Of a stretch of DNA of 64,000 nucleotides, positions 63,722-64,000 are shown piece after piece (the stretch's first letter is position 1; each line of letters starts with the position of its first letter). The notes beneath the pieces were generated by a model, which saw only the letters and a program-made list of their open reading frames with translations, did not search any database and had not been told where the DNA came from. Where the stretch lies: the NCBI GenBank assembly GCA_964421015.1, contig CAYQUS010000004.1, forward strand, positions 53,744-117,743. The letters run 5' to 3'. The stretch is from an uncultured Planctomycetia bacterium. Its GTDB lineage: Bacteria > Omnitrophota > Gorgyraeia > Tantalellales > Tantalellaceae. Both the position numbers and the translations under genes were made by a program.

Positions 63722-64000
63722 CTATACTTCCTGTTTAGGAAGGATCTCCGAGATCTTCTTATTCTGGGACTCCCCGTAAAGGTTCCAGTGACGCGCCGTC
63801 ATCCTGAGCCCCTCCTCGGTAGAAACCCTCGGGACATAGCCCAGCACATCCCTTAAACGGGAAATGTCATAGACCCTGTCCTTGAATATACGGCCCATCT
63901 TGCGCCTCACAGACGGTAAAATCCTCGCCGTCTTTACCGCCCACGCCGGTATCACGAAAGGATCGGGAGATCCGAGTTCCTCAGCGATTATGTTTATGAA
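63722..64000 (-). CDS. C-terminal fragment of a probable NAD-dependent epimerase/dehydratase family protein; the start lies beyond the window end
   Basis: The frame is open to position 64000. The C-terminal ...DISRLRDVLGYVPRVSTEEGLRMTARHW resembles the end of SDR-type sugar epimerases. Confidence 0.35.
   Translation of the reverse strand, partial: FINIIAEELGSPDPFVIPAWAVKTARILPSVRRKMGRIFKDRVYDISRLRDVLGYVPRVSTEEGLRMTARHWNLYGESQNKKISEILPKQEV

Overview
The window is a 64 kb chromosomal segment of an unidentified diderm (Gram-negative-type) bacterium. Almost every gene runs on the minus strand. Its centre (14.9-46.4 kb) is a complete, contiguous ribosomal super-operon on the minus strand. Read in the direction of transcription this runs secE-nusG-rplKAJL-rpoBC, then directly (a 42-nt gap) rpsL-rpsG-fusA-tuf, then S10-spc-alpha with secY-adk-map-infA-rpmJ-rpsM-rpsK-rpsD-rpoA-rplQ. 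There is no L30 gene, S14 is the zinc type Z form, and S5, L17 and L24 carry unusual extensions. A second tuf copy encoding an identical protein lies at 46.5-47.7 kb, in the ancestral tRNA-Thr-tuf-rpmG-tRNA-Trp-secE-nusG arrangement. Its nucleotide identity with the str-operon copy starts exactly at the stop codon and ends about 10 nt upstream of the start codon.

The left end (1-14.8 kb) carries:
- a textbook adenosylcobalamin riboswitch with an intrinsic terminator in front of a TonB-dependent (BtuB-like) receptor that runs off the window;
- a glycolipid/lipid-A-type gene trio (GT2, LpxL-like acyltransferase, GT28);
- a standalone lipoyl-domain protein next to LipB;
- LeuCD and an aspartate aminotransferase;
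- an unusual endonuclease III - membrane segment - thermonuclease fusion ORF, followed by mutL-mutS.

The right end (55-64 kb) is housekeeping: nnr, acpS, pdxJ, cdaR-cdaA (c-di-AMP), folP, ftsH, tilS, queH, rnz and a partial epimerase.

The most accessory-looking part is 48.0-55.0 kb. There the tRNA/tuf cluster known from E. coli (tRNA-Thr TGT, tRNA-Tyr, tRNA-Gly, tRNA-Thr GGT, tufB) is split. About 6.3 kb of non-core genes sit between tRNA-Tyr and tRNA-Thr(GGT)-tuf, and tRNA-Gly is on the opposite strand. The non-core genes are:
- a tight plus-strand operon of four small membrane/secreted proteins;
- a periplasmic cupin;
- a DnaQ-like exonuclease fused to a WYL domain;
- an M48 lipoprotein peptidase;
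- a beta-barrel-like protein built of ten 15-residue tandem repeats;
- YjbQ with an overlapping tiny basic ORF;
- an Imm-type superinfection-immunity membrane peptide.

The tRNA-Thr/tRNA-Tyr spacer is dense in short repeats: a 7 x heptamer polypyrimidine tract, three copies of a 19-nt dyad motif, a 10-nt direct repeat and stacked hairpins. No CRISPR array, transposase or integrase was seen. All calls were made by reading the six-frame translations and the raw sequence only.
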